A stretch of 46,175 nt of DNA from Candidatus Iainarchaeum sp. (GTDB taxonomy: Archaea > Iainarchaeota > Iainarchaeia > JAGGVJ01), in assembly GCA_021158055.1 (NCBI GenBank), contig JAGGVJ010000018.1, positions 1 through 46,175 on the forward strand, read 5' to 3'. The position numbers and the translations under genes are program-made. How positions within the stretch are numbered: the first letter of the stretch is position 1; the number at the start of each line of letters is the position of its first letter. Below are positions 9,501 through 18,755 of the stretch, piece by piece. The notes under the pieces are model-generated. The model saw only the letters and a program-made list of their open reading frames with translations. It did no database searches and had not been told where the DNA came from.

Positions 9501-12500
9501 TCCGGATCCGAATACAACTCGTCAAAACTCTTTACATTTTCAAGCGGAACACCTATTTTTTCCGCAATGGATTCAGCTGTTTCTTTTTCTTTTGAATCGC
9601 CGTAAGCAATCCTCATCAGGCAAGGGCCCCCGCCAGAACGGGTTTTTTCAAGGGCAATGTCATGATTTTCCTCGCTTCCCAAAGTTTTTTTCCAGATATA
9701 GGCCATTAACGGGTCACTGCTCAGCGAAGTGTCTCCAAGCCGCCATGCAATGCTTTTTCCCTTTGGATCCAGTGAATTCAAAGGCGTTGAATCGCGGTCA
9801 TCTTCAATCATGTCAAAACACAGCTCCTCATCGCTTGAAACGCAATGCAAATGATGTGAATCATAAGGCACAAACGCAGCGTCTGAAAAAACACTGTAGC
9901 TCATCGGCTCGCTCAGTTCAATCTTCACTTCCCTTGAAGACGCAGGGTTCAGCCAGTTGTTTGAAGAAACCGACGCATTGTCCCAGGTATCTTTTATCAT
10001 GCGCCACAAATACCTTGCGGCCTCGTCAGAAGAACACTCTGTTACGCTGCAGTCGTTTTCCTCGTCAGAAATCACGTGAATATTTATGTAATTCTCCCCT
10101 GTTGCGGAAACCAAGGTGCCTGACTGACCGGCTGAAACCGTGAAACTCAGGTCTGTTCCGGCAACATCTGAAGGGACAAGGATTTCCTCAATCATCCATT
10201 CAGAAGAATCTTCCTTGAAATTTGCGTCTTTTTCAATGGGTTCAACAAGCGGCTCGGAATACTTCACAGTCACATTGTCAACCTGTTCCAGCCGGTTTCC
10301 CTCAAAATCAAACACGCGGATTCCTATGTCCTTCACTTTTGCCTCAACAGGTTTCGTGAACTCCAAAGGCACAAACAAATAATCGTCACCATCCTTTATT
10401 GCAACCCTGAGCATCTGCTCCGGGTTCTCGCTGACAACAATTGAAATCCCGTCAAAAGCGGCTTTGTATTCCATGGCGGAATAAACAAACAAAGCCTCCA
10501 GATGAATCGGGTATGTCCCTTCTTCACTCGGGGCGGTCAAAATTGCCTTGTATTTTCCGATCTGCGGGCTGTAAGTCATTTCAATGGTTTCCGGTGAAAA
10601 AGACGGTGCAGACAACTCAACAGTTGCCTCGGAAGACACTGAATTTGCCCACTTCACAATCGCTTCAACATCCACTTCTTCTCCCGGCGCCACAACCAAC
10701 GGAGACGCAGAAACATCTGCAAAAACAAGTTCGCCTGAATCCGACTCAACAGGTTTGAGTTTGAACGAAGCTGAACCGACCGCGGGCTCACTGCCTGTCT
10801 GGACAGCACGCAAGTCAACAACATAAGAACTAAACTCCGGATTTGACGGGACATCAAGGTCCCTCAACACAAAAACGCACTCTGACGACAGGTACTCTGT
10901 AAGTTTTTTGTCTGAAAAACCGAACTGGACAGAAGACGCGAAAACATTCACGTCATCGTCCAAGTCAAGGATTTTGCCGTAAGCTTCTCCGTCGTCTGTC
11001 ACGCGCCTGACAACCCTGACTTTCACGGGTCCCGCGTCAACTCCTTTCGGCACATCTCTTGTGTAACTGGTCCCGTTGTGTTCTTCGTCCTCGCTTCCGA
11101 AATAAAAAACCACGGAAAGCTCTTGTTCAGAGTTCGCGGAAACCGTAACCGTAAAAGTTTTTTCAGCACTTAAATGCACACCTGACACACCCCATTCCGC
11201 TTTAATTGTAAACACCATGCTCTTGTCAGTCAAAGGCGCGCTTATCCCTGCCTTGTAAGCCAGCAGGCCATTGTCAAAAACCATCGGCTTGAAAGAAGAC
11301 GAATCCCCGCTCCTGTAAGTGACCATGGCATTTTTGACCAGATTTGTGCCTGCAAAAACTTTTGCCGAAAGCACGAAATCCTCCCCGAGAGCAACAGCGT
11401 AATTCGGCATTACATCCTGTATTATGAGGTTTTCAGGAGACACTGCAAACTCAAGCCGGATCGGCAGGTCAACTCCCTTTGAATCCATTGAATAAATCCT
11501 TGACTTGAACTCTTTGAACTCAAGCGGAACACCTGTTACCATTACCTTGTATTTGAAATTGGGTTCAAGCATGATTATTTCAGTCCACGGCAAAGACGAA
11601 ACGGAAAGCGAACCGTCAGACTCCGAACCCCTTATCTTTTCGTCAAAACTGCTCCACAAAGTGACTTTTACTTTGTCTGTCACAGCCTCTCCCGCCGCAA
11701 GCACTTTTATTCTAAGCGGCGCTCCCTTGAAAAGAGTTATTTTCTGCTCCGCCAACCCGCCTGCAAATATCCTCACAAGTCTTTTAATGCGGTAATCAGA
11801 ATACAGAGAGTAACCTGTGACATTTGCGTACACCTGCGCATTTGCAGGGATGCCTTTGAAAAGCACACAACCAGTATTGGTGGTTTCCCCCCTTGCAATC
11901 TCATGATCTTCGTCGTTGAACACAATCACTGTCGCCTGTTTTGCAACGGTCTTCCCTGCCTTGACACAGACATTAAACCTGCCTTTCTCTGCTTTTTCAA
12001 TCGGGGTTATTGAAACATTCCGGACTTCAACCGAACCTGCCTTTACCTTGAAAGAGCTTGTGCTCTCATCAACAAACCCTTCTTTTGAAACAAACACATA
12101 CAGCTCTTTACCGCTTTCGGTCCTGATATCCGCGCGACCGGAACCGTCTGAAACGCCGGATGAAACAACTGTTTTTGTTTCAAAATCCTTCAGCTCAACA
12201 GAGGCACTAACCACAGCACCTGCATTGACACTGTTGTGAACCGTAACTTTTACGACACCGCTTGAATAATCAGGAGAAAAATCAGGATTTTCCTCCACTG
12301 CTTCGTCAAGGCACGACTTCAGATTAAAAACCAAAAGCGACTCGTTTTCTTCAACAACAAGGGTTTTTAAAGATAAAAACTTTTGGCAGACAGATTTTCC
12401 GTCTTTTTGCAGGTCAACTGAATAACTCCCTTTCGCAAGACCTTCAAACAAAACCTTTCTCTCAGGGGACTTTACATTTTCTGAAAACTGCGCGCCGTCA

Positions 12501-12832
12501 TCTGACTCCAGCACAAGCTTCGCTTCAAAGCCCTGGTAATCTTCAATATGATCCATCAAAACCACTGCTGAAAACGTGGTTTGTGCAGGGAAAACCATGG
12601 GAAACAACAAAAAAGCCAGAATAACAAGAAACAGTGCCGGGATTGCAACAGGCGAAATACCTGTATTCTCCCACAAAGAAGCAGATGGAACCCCCTTGTC
12701 TTCAATTGAATCAAGCGCGTCCCAGCAAAACTCATCAGCGCCCTCGTAAAAATCCGTGAGGTAATCAAAAACAGAATCATAGGCATCATAAAGCCAGTCC
12801 GGAATCATGTCAGACACACTCATATTTTTCAA
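6557..12832 (-). CDS. Giant 2091-aa N-terminally anchored surface protein: tandem carboxypeptidase-regulatory/Ig-like domains, S-layer_C-like segment, Cys-rich segments
   Basis: Single TM (IPALFLVILAFLLFPMVFP) after an acidic/aromatic N-tail. Repeated A.V.L...G.T...G...Y.V.V.KEGF beta-sandwich patterns; YNIVLVWS...WIVVAAIT resembles S-layer C-terminal domains; Cys-dense C-terminal third. Confidence 0.75.
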   Translation of the reverse strand: MKNMSVSDMIPDWLYDAYDSVFDYLTDFYEGADEFCWDALDSIEDKGVPSASLWENTGISPVAIPALFLVILAFLLFPMVFPAQTTFSAVVLMDHIEDYQGFEAKLVLESDDGAQFSENVKSPERKVLFEGLAKGSYSVDLQKDGKSVCQKFLSLKTLVVEENESLLVFNLKSCLDEAVEENPDFSPDYSSGVVKVTVHNSVNAGAVVSASVELKDFETKTVVSSGVSDGSGRADIRTESGKELYVFVSKEGFVDESTSSFKVKAGSVEVRNVSITPIEKAEKGRFNVCVKAGKTVAKQATVIVFNDEDHEIARGETTNTGCVLFKGIPANAQVYANVTGYSLYSDYRIKRLVRIFAGGLAEQKITLFKGAPLRIKVLAAGEAVTDKVKVTLWSSFDEKIRGSESDGSLSVSSLPWTEIIMLEPNFKYKVMVTGVPLEFKEFKSRIYSMDSKGVDLPIRLEFAVSPENLIIQDVMPNYAVALGEDFVLSAKVFAGTNLVKNAMVTYRSGDSSSFKPMVFDNGLLAYKAGISAPLTDKSMVFTIKAEWGVSGVHLSAEKTFTVTVSANSEQELSVVFYFGSEDEEHNGTSYTRDVPKGVDAGPVKVRVVRRVTDDGEAYGKILDLDDDVNVFASSVQFGFSDKKLTEYLSSECVFVLRDLDVPSNPEFSSYVVDLRAVQTGSEPAVGSASFKLKPVESDSGELVFADVSASPLVVAPGEEVDVEAIVKWANSVSSEATVELSAPSFSPETIEMTYSPQIGKYKAILTAPSEEGTYPIHLEALFVYSAMEYKAAFDGISIVVSENPEQMLRVAIKDGDDYLFVPLEFTKPVEAKVKDIGIRVFDFEGNRLEQVDNVTVKYSEPLVEPIEKDANFKEDSSEWMIEEILVPSDVAGTDLSFTVSAGQSGTLVSATGENYINIHVISDEENDCSVTECSSDEAARYLWRMIKDTWDNASVSSNNWLNPASSREVKIELSEPMSYSVFSDAAFVPYDSHHLHCVSSDEELCFDMIEDDRDSTPLNSLDPKGKSIAWRLGDTSLSSDPLMAYIWKKTLGSEENHDIALEKTRSGGGPCLMRIAYGDSKEKETAESIAEKIGVPLENVKSFDELYSDPDRDNYNIVLVWSAQQDSSASGNPQDPESVNLLAAVNDPASGNPVFYCVNGPGSEKSVFIGYGGNAFIGESYAVYPAKVGANMWIVVAAITDNALVYAKDNVFIPKFNESPFKPSQICDEPLATVGPLVGDISADSGEMKAFNTVVLFDDRQADNGSGNSISLFSDFADDSFKKCVTPSSEWDDFRKAVVPISFARGIFGSDSSIMSAFSRYHKIVVGHPGEDSLLRYLNGKCGVDWVYGSFSAFTGACSTKRTYQNVSGTGSYSATALQICDNGKLVKDDYGYLKQLGFFDMVSLFLLDSKADFPSMIDGSEDLRVLTTEELDAPTTDISQNRLECCRLGRAHSSLTVSKGCTGGCSNCGPPPEPACDWPKKTDAQLNSLLVKYLPSGKKVYKSNNCHTVSSGNPPTCSGCAGSAYYYRCLFSCTAFVECNQCYPQYVGSFWGLKGGSEGVNRYALNSWEDIAQSGKCDDFNGKKLVLFTGMNEESMREITKDSVPCGGTTHIKNESNSGSDKQQERSTCGGTDNPISFDHSNIDSSSVCQGSDVPSSCGIEVLFENSREVWEDDGLLKAGTTIKVTNTSEEKVSDISFSVEVLNAKFADGTDSISFEKFELDAGATKEEELDYNVELSDFAEMIIEDTEESNKAFSAVLNQPAMEVMVGACGKIRQLTHKTKTVYGIFAVYNNSEDNSLGGMILNLKQGDAKVSDFGEKLVGRYTSDGDSLEAISSGQGNNCGASSYCSATHADNSVFKVYSTEKLSAKLGEKLGSDQYFILLFYHTYPIDESDLAVSYNLFLAPMVKSENSTCSSAISNESDDLCGDDKFIDKGDFGCSTWDFESSWWCDDSGDDDEYHNINTGVAVNTVVFPAAAGDSVLTFSAAQEKNAFEQESSISFADDPLAVDTFQENTGTCSPNMNSFCSGLKYWRKNEISAGDLKDYLEHENVLFDDSGSVPNIYNFKNFGTWANSDCNANYIKEMWESHIP

Positions 12833-13020
12833 AACCTTTTTTCAAAAAAATAAAAACTAAATCAAGGAATCAACCAAAACCAAAAAAACTTCAAATCAAG
12901 TTTAACTGTTTCAGGCAACAAGTCCAACTGCCTCAGGCAAAACCCAAATCAGCCCCATTACCTGAATCAACCCCCATTAAGACAAACAAAACCAACTATA
13001 TAAATCTAAACACACCTCCC

Positions 13021-14052
13021 CTAAACACACAACCCGCCAGAATCCCGCAAACCGCTGCCTTCAGTGGCACACAATTCAAACGTGAAAGAATACCTTGCAG
13101 GACTGCTGACGCCGTTTGAAACAATCAGGTACTCTGTGCGGTTATCAATTAACTGGCCCTGAACCCTGATTTTTTTAACTGTTTTTTTCACCCATTCAAC
13201 ACCACCCGAATCTTCGTGTGAGCCGGTCCCCCTTACCAGACTGCTTTCTGAAAACCATGCGCTTTCAATTGAAATACCGTCATCGATAAGGCAACCTGAA
13301 AGAGAGTTGAAATAACTTTCAAGGGTGCTGTTCAGGTCCTCTTCAGCGGCAGTGCCTGTCGAACCAATGCCTACCAGACCTGAAATCTCTGAATTGAACT
13401 TTGCCTTCAATTTATTTTCAACAATCCACGCGTACCTGAAAACGCGCACTCTCGGGTGAAACGCCTGTTTTTGAAGGGCCTTGGCCTCCACCCTTGACTT
13501 GAATCCGCTGGTCGAAAGAGACGAATCCTCAAGCACAACAAGGGGTTCAGGGTCAACCACACTCTGCATCCTGACAATAAACGTGCCGTCTTCACCCGAC
13601 GCAAAATCATCAAGGCACTCAATGCCTGCCGCCAAACTCCCTGCACTTGTATCCCACTCGTTCATGAAAACATTGTATTTTGAATCAGAATACACTGTTA
13701 TCTGGGTATCTGCAATCGTTGTTGCAAACTCTGTCTTTGCAATGCTTCCAAGCTCATACAAAATCGAATCATGAATAACATCAAATTCAACAGACTCGGT
13801 TCCGTGATCATATTCGCCGTGGTTTATTGTCATCAACTCGCCGAGCTTCTCTTCAAGCATCCAGTCAGACGCATTAAAAACATCCACAGTGACCCTGTTT
13901 GCATGAAACGCGACCTCGCGGAACTTCAAAGTATCCTGAAGCATCATATTTAACCTCGCGTCCTCTGAAGACAACAAATTCACAGTGCTCAACACCAGCA
14001 AAAAAACCGCAATGCCCATCATCGGCGAAATCAGCACGAACCCTTTGCGCAT
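13021..14052 (-). CDS. Class III signal peptide (pilin-like) protein; start reassigned to ATG 14052
   Basis: MRKG/FVLISPMMGIAVFLLVLSTV: short basic leader, KG/F cleavage site, hydrophobic helix. Confidence 0.7.
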   Translation of the reverse strand: MRKGFVLISPMMGIAVFLLVLSTVNLLSSEDARLNMMLQDTLKFREVAFHANRVTVDVFNASDWMLEEKLGELMTINHGEYDHGTESVEFDVIHDSILYELGSIAKTEFATTIADTQITVYSDSKYNVFMNEWDTSAGSLAAGIECLDDFASGEDGTFIVRMQSVVDPEPLVVLEDSSLSTSGFKSRVEAKALQKQAFHPRVRVFRYAWIVENKLKAKFNSEISGLVGIGSTGTAAEEDLNSTLESYFNSLSGCLIDDGISIESAWFSESSLVRGTGSHEDSGGVEWVKKTVKKIRVQGQLIDNRTEYLIVSNGVSSPARYSFTFELCATEGSGLRDSGGLCV

Positions 14053-14278
14053 GAAACAAATTTGTAAAAGGTTATTAATAAATTGCAGCCCTTCTCCATA
14101 ATTTACCAATCCCACTTTAACTGCTTTGTTTAATAATAAGCCCATACTTTCAAAATATACAAACCAGTTACACAAACAAACTACACGAACAAGAGACAAA
14201 CCAAACAACCAAAAGACAAACTGCACAAACCAACCAAACAAGCGCTTTGCAGATTAACAAAAAACCAAGGTAAAACCC

Positions 14279-14791
14279 ATGCTTAAAAAAGGACAGGAAT
14301 CAGCGCCGTTTGAACTTCTTATCGGGGTCATCATAATGATTGCCGTCGTCACACTCGGAACACTCATCATAAACTCAATGAACGAATTCTCATGCAACTC
14401 GCAAATACAAAAAGCAACCCTTAACCTGTCAAACACACTGCTTGAAGTGGAGCGCGGGGCACCCGGAACAATCCGCGACGTGAAAATACACGTCCCGCCG
14501 TGCGCTGCAGGAATCTACCTCTATCACAACCCTGAAAACTGCAACAACTGCATAAGGCACCCGGGAAAATGCTGGACAGCAAACTACCTTTTAAACAACG
14601 GCAACTCCGGACTGACCTGCGTCGACATACCTGAAAACAGCATCATTGAATCAGAAATAGACACCGGGCGCGAAAACGACAGCTTTCCGATTTCACTTAA
14701 CTCAGACGCAAGCTTTGGAAGCGGAAACTACTGGATAAAAATAGAAAAAATGCCAAGTGGTAAACTTGAAATCAAAAAAGTCACAACATAA
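14279..14791 (+). CDS. Type IV pilin-like protein (class III signal)
   Basis: MLKKG/QESAPFELLIGVIIMIAVVTLG; Cys-rich head domain. Confidence 0.8.
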   Translation: MLKKGQESAPFELLIGVIIMIAVVTLGTLIINSMNEFSCNSQIQKATLNLSNTLLEVERGAPGTIRDVKIHVPPCAAGIYLYHNPENCNNCIRHPGKCWTANYLLNNGNSGLTCVDIPENSIIESEIDTGRENDSFPISLNSDASFGSGNYWIKIEKMPSGKLEIKKVTT

Positions 14792-15317
14792 AACAGCGCT
14801 TTTCTGCTGCAGCAAAACACCTTTTTTACCCTGCAGCAAAACACGCGGGCAGGCAGACTGGGTGCTTTCAAAAGTAACCCTTTTGATTTACGTCATGATA
14901 ATGATGGTTTTCCTCACAAGCTTTTGGGACACAAGCTCAAAAAAAGTAAACGAACGCATAGCAATTTCAATGGCACAGGACATCGCAAGCAAAATAGACT
15001 TCGTGGTAAACAGTTCAGGGAAAAACACATTCATGTACATTCCCCTGCCAACATCCCCTTACGGGGCTGACCAACAAAAAACCCTTTACTCAGTCCAGAT
15101 AACCTCCAAATTCGTGCGCGTCGAACTTGAAAACCAGCAGGGGTACTCGCTTATAATCCCGGACAAATACTTTCCGGAAACCACAGACCCACACTATACT
15201 GAAATAGATGACAGCGCAACCCCTGCCCTGGACATCGACCCGAAAGAAACAAACAGCGGAGTGGTTCTTCTTGTAAGCAAACAAGACAACGCAATAAAAA
15301 TAAAGGTGGGTGAATGA
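14757..15317 (+). CDS. Type IV pilin-like protein (class III signal; start GTG 14757 or TTG 14766)
   Basis: KTRG/QADWVLSKVTLLIYVMIMMVFL; overlaps both neighbours. Confidence 0.75.
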   Translation: MVNLKSKKSQHKTALFCCSKTPFLPCSKTRGQADWVLSKVTLLIYVMIMMVFLTSFWDTSSKKVNERIAISMAQDIASKIDFVVNSSGKNTFMYIPLPTSPYGADQQKTLYSVQITSKFVRVELENQQGYSLIIPDKYFPETTDPHYTEIDDSATPALDIDPKETNSGVVLLVSKQDNAIKIKVGE

Positions 15318-15835
15318 AAAACAAAACTCTTCAAAACCCAAAAAAGCCCCGCGGGCAAATGAGCACGCTCGGGGAAGACCTTCCTGCCTTTATCCTGATC
15401 ACAATCGGCGTTGCAATGCTTCTCGTTGCAATCAGCGGAACATGGAGCACTTTCAACGAAAAAAACATTGTGATAGATGAAAAAAAAGCAGTCATCGAAA
15501 TAATTGAAAGCGTGAAAGGAAACGGAGTCATAAACCCTTCAAAAATAGAACTTGAAGGAACAGACGCAGACGGAAACACGCTCTGGGAAAAGTGGCAAAA
15601 TCTTGACACCCTCAAAAAACGATACGGAGTAGAATTCAATGCAAAATTTTACAGCCACAAACCGGAAACAAACACCTGGGAAGAAATTCTTTCAGGAATA
15701 AACTTCGGCCCCGACCCAGTGTCAAGTGACACAAGAACAACAATCCTTTCCGCACCCCTTGCAATAAAACACGGCGGGGACGAATCACTCACTTACAAAA
15801 ACGGCAAAGTCAAGGTGACAATCTGGAAAAAATAA
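15314..15835 (+). CDS. Type IV pilin-like protein (class III signal)
   Basis: KKPRG/QMSTLGEDLPAFILITIGVAMLLVAI; ATGA overlap with the previous gene, GGTGGG SD. Confidence 0.8.
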   Translation: MKNKTLQNPKKPRGQMSTLGEDLPAFILITIGVAMLLVAISGTWSTFNEKNIVIDEKKAVIEIIESVKGNGVINPSKIELEGTDADGNTLWEKWQNLDTLKKRYGVEFNAKFYSHKPETNTWEEILSGINFGPDPVSSDTRTTILSAPLAIKHGGDESLTYKNGKVKVTIWKK

Positions 15836-16494
15836 CCAAGACCGACAGCACATCAAATGCGCCAAAAAAACACCTGGCTGCGACAAAAGGACAGGGAACC
15901 GCAGTTGATCTGATATTCTTTCTCGTGATAATCTCCATTGCCGCCACAATGCTTGGCAACGCATGGGAAAGCTACGGAACAACCGCAATGCACATAGAGG
16001 AATCAAACCTTGAAACCGATTACCTGCGGGGCATAATGTCAAACATTTACTGGGTAACCCCTGACGGAAACTGGACACCGCCAAACACCAAAATGAGCAA
16101 CAAATCAGTCGCATACTTTGTGGCACAAGACCTTTCAGACGGCTCGCTTGACAACCTGCCGGAACCGATGCACGGACAAGCATACCTGAAACACATGCTT
16201 GATACCTACCTGTCCGACAGTCCAAAAAACAGACACTATGCAGTAATCACCAAAAACTCAGGCCACGACATTGACTCTTTCGGAGAACTGTCCTTTACCG
16301 ACGACGACACAAACACAACCTGCCACGCCAACCACGGAATACCCCCGGACTACAACCAGATAGTGAAAAACACGGAAGTGTCGTCTGTTGAAATACCCCT
16401 GAAAACCTCCTTTGGCACACCAACCTCAAGCAACCCGAAAAAAGGAATAGTTAAAATCAGCGTGCTCAGCTGGAGCGGAGACGTCTGCGCGTGA
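15823..16494 (+). CDS. Type IV pilin-like protein; start extended upstream of 15925, probably to CTG 15823
   Basis: In-frame upstream sequence gives KHLAATKG/QGTAVDLIFFLVIISIAATMLG. AGGTGA SD ends 4 nt before an in-frame CTG. Confidence 0.7.
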   Translation: MEKITKTDSTSNAPKKHLAATKGQGTAVDLIFFLVIISIAATMLGNAWESYGTTAMHIEESNLETDYLRGIMSNIYWVTPDGNWTPPNTKMSNKSVAYFVAQDLSDGSLDNLPEPMHGQAYLKHMLDTYLSDSPKNRHYAVITKNSGHDIDSFGELSFTDDDTNTTCHANHGIPPDYNQIVKNTEVSSVEIPLKTSFGTPTSSNPKKGIVKISVLSWSGDVCA

Positions 16495-16586
16495 GAAATG
16501 CTTTTCAATGACATTTGATAAATTACGATGGTAGTTGTCTGCGGAAAAAAGTGAAATTAGGGAAAAACTTTATTTCCTTTTTGGCT

Positions 16587-16662
16587 TTGAGTAAACTACC
16601 CCTTGCTTTCACAAAGGACTTCTTGAGTGAACTACCCCACCCTAGCGGATGGGGCTTTTTGA
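16587..16662. mobile_element. IS200/IS605-family end relic: two tandem 36-bp imperfect units, non-autonomous
   Basis: TTGAGTAAACTACCCCTTGCTTTCACAAAGGACTTC then TTGAGTGAACTACCCCACCCTAGCGGATGGGGCTTT. The second forms a CCCCA.CC/GG.TGGGG hairpin resembling IS200/IS605 (tnpB/iscB) subterminal palindromes. Confidence 0.55.
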
Positions 16663-16716
16663 TTAAAAAATAAAAATACAAAAAACAATATAAGCACCAA
16701 ACACGCAAATGAAACT

Positions 16717-17349
16717 ATGGCCAACACAACTTCAACAATTTCAATAAGCCAGGCAACCCTGCTTTTGAAAATCGCAAGGGAATCAATAAAACAATACCTT
16801 GATGACCGCTCCTTTTTTGATATTGAACCATACAAAAAAGAACTCCCTCAAAAACGAGGGATCTTCGTCACTTTAAAAACATACCCGAGCAACATGCTCC
16901 GGGGGTGCATCGGATTTCCAATGCCTGTAGAAATCCTTGCTGAAGCCGCAAGAGACACAGCGCTTTCAGCCGCTTTCACCGACACTCGTTTTCCAAAACT
17001 AAAAAAAGAAGAATTATCTGACATCACAATAGAAATATCTGTCTTGACCCGACCGAAAAAAATAGAAATTGAAAACACAGAAGAACTCAAAAAAAACACT
17101 GAAAAATACATCCACGTCGGAAAAGACGGGGTGATCGTGAGTTTCAAGCACTGCTCGGGACTGCTTCTTCCGCAAGTTGCAACCGAACAAAACTGGGACG
17201 CCAGAACACTTCTCGAGCAAACGTGCGTCAAAGCAGGGCTTTCAGAAAACTTCGCGTTTGAACCCGAACTTGAAATACAAACCTTTCAGGCGCAAATCTT
17301 TTTTGAAGAAACACCAAACGGAAAAATTCTGGAAAAGCAAAACCCCTGA
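16717..17349 (+). CDS. AMMECR1/TIGR00296 family protein
   Basis: RGIFVTL, LRGCIG, AAFTDTRF, IEISVLT, GLLLPQVA, CVKAGL. Confidence 0.92.
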   Translation: MANTTSTISISQATLLLKIARESIKQYLDDRSFFDIEPYKKELPQKRGIFVTLKTYPSNMLRGCIGFPMPVEILAEAARDTALSAAFTDTRFPKLKKEELSDITIEISVLTRPKKIEIENTEELKKNTEKYIHVGKDGVIVSFKHCSGLLLPQVATEQNWDARTLLEQTCVKAGLSENFAFEPELEIQTFQAQIFFEETPNGKILEKQNP

Positions 17350-17428
17350 AAACTACCACCCCTGAAAAACAAATCCTAAAAACCACGAAAAGATAAAAGT
17401 ATAAATCAAGCAAACCACAAAATTAATC

Positions 17429-18637
17429 ATGCAACAAACACAACAAACCGGCCAAAAACAAACACTACACCCCCCACAACAACCGCACATGCAGGAAGAC
17501 AAATTCAAACAAGTTGCAAACCAGATAAGAGACCTTGAAACACGCCAAAAACAAGCAGCTGACGCAATAATCTCCGCAGACAAAGAACTGCACTTATTCA
17601 ACACAATAAAAAACGAACCAAAAAACATGACTGTTGCAGGAGTGGACGGCGGACTTCACCTCAGGCGGTTTCACGGCGCAGACCTCATACTTACCCGCGC
17701 GGCAGCAGCCATTTTTTCAATCGAAAACCAAAAACTGAAAAAAACAAGATACTCACCCGAACTGATACCCCAACCCAAACCATACTGCCTGACAAACGCA
17801 CTCGACAGCGAAGAATCAATGATAAGCGCTTCCATACACCGGTTAAGGGAAGAGATAACAACTGCAATTTGCGTTGCAGAAAAAGAAAACGTCGAACTCC
17901 TGCTCCTTGACGGCTCGATATTCCCGCAAAACGCAGACAAACCGCGCGCAGGAAGCAAACTGAACACAGAATACAACTCACTCCTCTCACTCTACGAAAA
18001 ACTCTACAAGACCTGTGAAAAAACCAACACAACACTTGCGGGAATAGTCGAAGACTCACGGGGAACAATATTCTGCACAACACTCGTTGAAGACCACGCA
18101 AAAAAACTCGAAGAAAAAAACAAAGCAACAGCACTCAAACTGACAGGCAACAAAAAAACAATCGAAACATCAACAGACACAACACTGCTGTTCTTTGCAA
18201 TGAAAAAAAAGCAATACACCACACCACAACCCTACTCAAAAGACCCGCGCAAACACCCAGTGCTCAAAGACTTTCCAAAAGAAATCCCGGAAAAAATAAA
18301 AGTAAGCTACCTGAAAAACTCAGAGTTTGACAGGCCCCTTAGGATTGAATTCATGCTGAATGACAGTAAAGGTACAGGGAAAGGAAAAGAGGAATGTATT
18401 GGGGGAAATGATAATAACAAGAGTGGGAGGATTAAAAGCGAGCAAAACTTAATGGAAAAAATCTTTTTCCTTTCCAGTTCTTTTCGAACCTACGCCTACC
18501 CCACAGTACTCATAGAAGCAGACCTGCGCGCAAAACTCAAATACGAAGAAGTTGAATTCGCACTGAATTCAGTGATTGACCAGGCGCGAAGCACGTCAAT
18601 CCTTCTGGAATTAAGAAGGGATTCAAGGCCGTTTTGA
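17429..18637 (+). CDS. nurA: NurA 5'-3' nuclease
   Basis: AGVDGG, LLLDGS, GIVEDSR, AYPTVLIEADLRAK; upstream of herA. Confidence 0.85.
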   Translation: MQQTQQTGQKQTLHPPQQPHMQEDKFKQVANQIRDLETRQKQAADAIISADKELHLFNTIKNEPKNMTVAGVDGGLHLRRFHGADLILTRAAAAIFSIENQKLKKTRYSPELIPQPKPYCLTNALDSEESMISASIHRLREEITTAICVAEKENVELLLLDGSIFPQNADKPRAGSKLNTEYNSLLSLYEKLYKTCEKTNTTLAGIVEDSRGTIFCTTLVEDHAKKLEEKNKATALKLTGNKKTIETSTDTTLLFFAMKKKQYTTPQPYSKDPRKHPVLKDFPKEIPEKIKVSYLKNSEFDRPLRIEFMLNDSKGTGKGKEECIGGNDNNKSGRIKSEQNLMEKIFFLSSSFRTYAYPTVLIEADLRAKLKYEEVEFALNSVIDQARSTSILLELRRDSRPF

Positions 18638-18755
18638 TGATTGATCCATCAATTATTTATCAATTGAAAAAGGAATTTCATTATTCATTATATTGTTCAA
18701 CACACATATTATTGACACACAATTATAATCAACACAAACACGCGAAGGTGATTTT

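Noticed and set aside
2000-12789. Many short ORFs inside the two giant genes, and similar ones elsewhere (e.g. 19914-20615, 28865-29371, 40185-41487)
   Set aside because: Antisense or alternate-frame shadows of well-supported genes, with typical S/F/L-rich composition.
14053-14241. N-terminal extension of the 406-aa ORF
   Set aside because: Low-complexity divergent promoter region; the class III leader starts at 14052.
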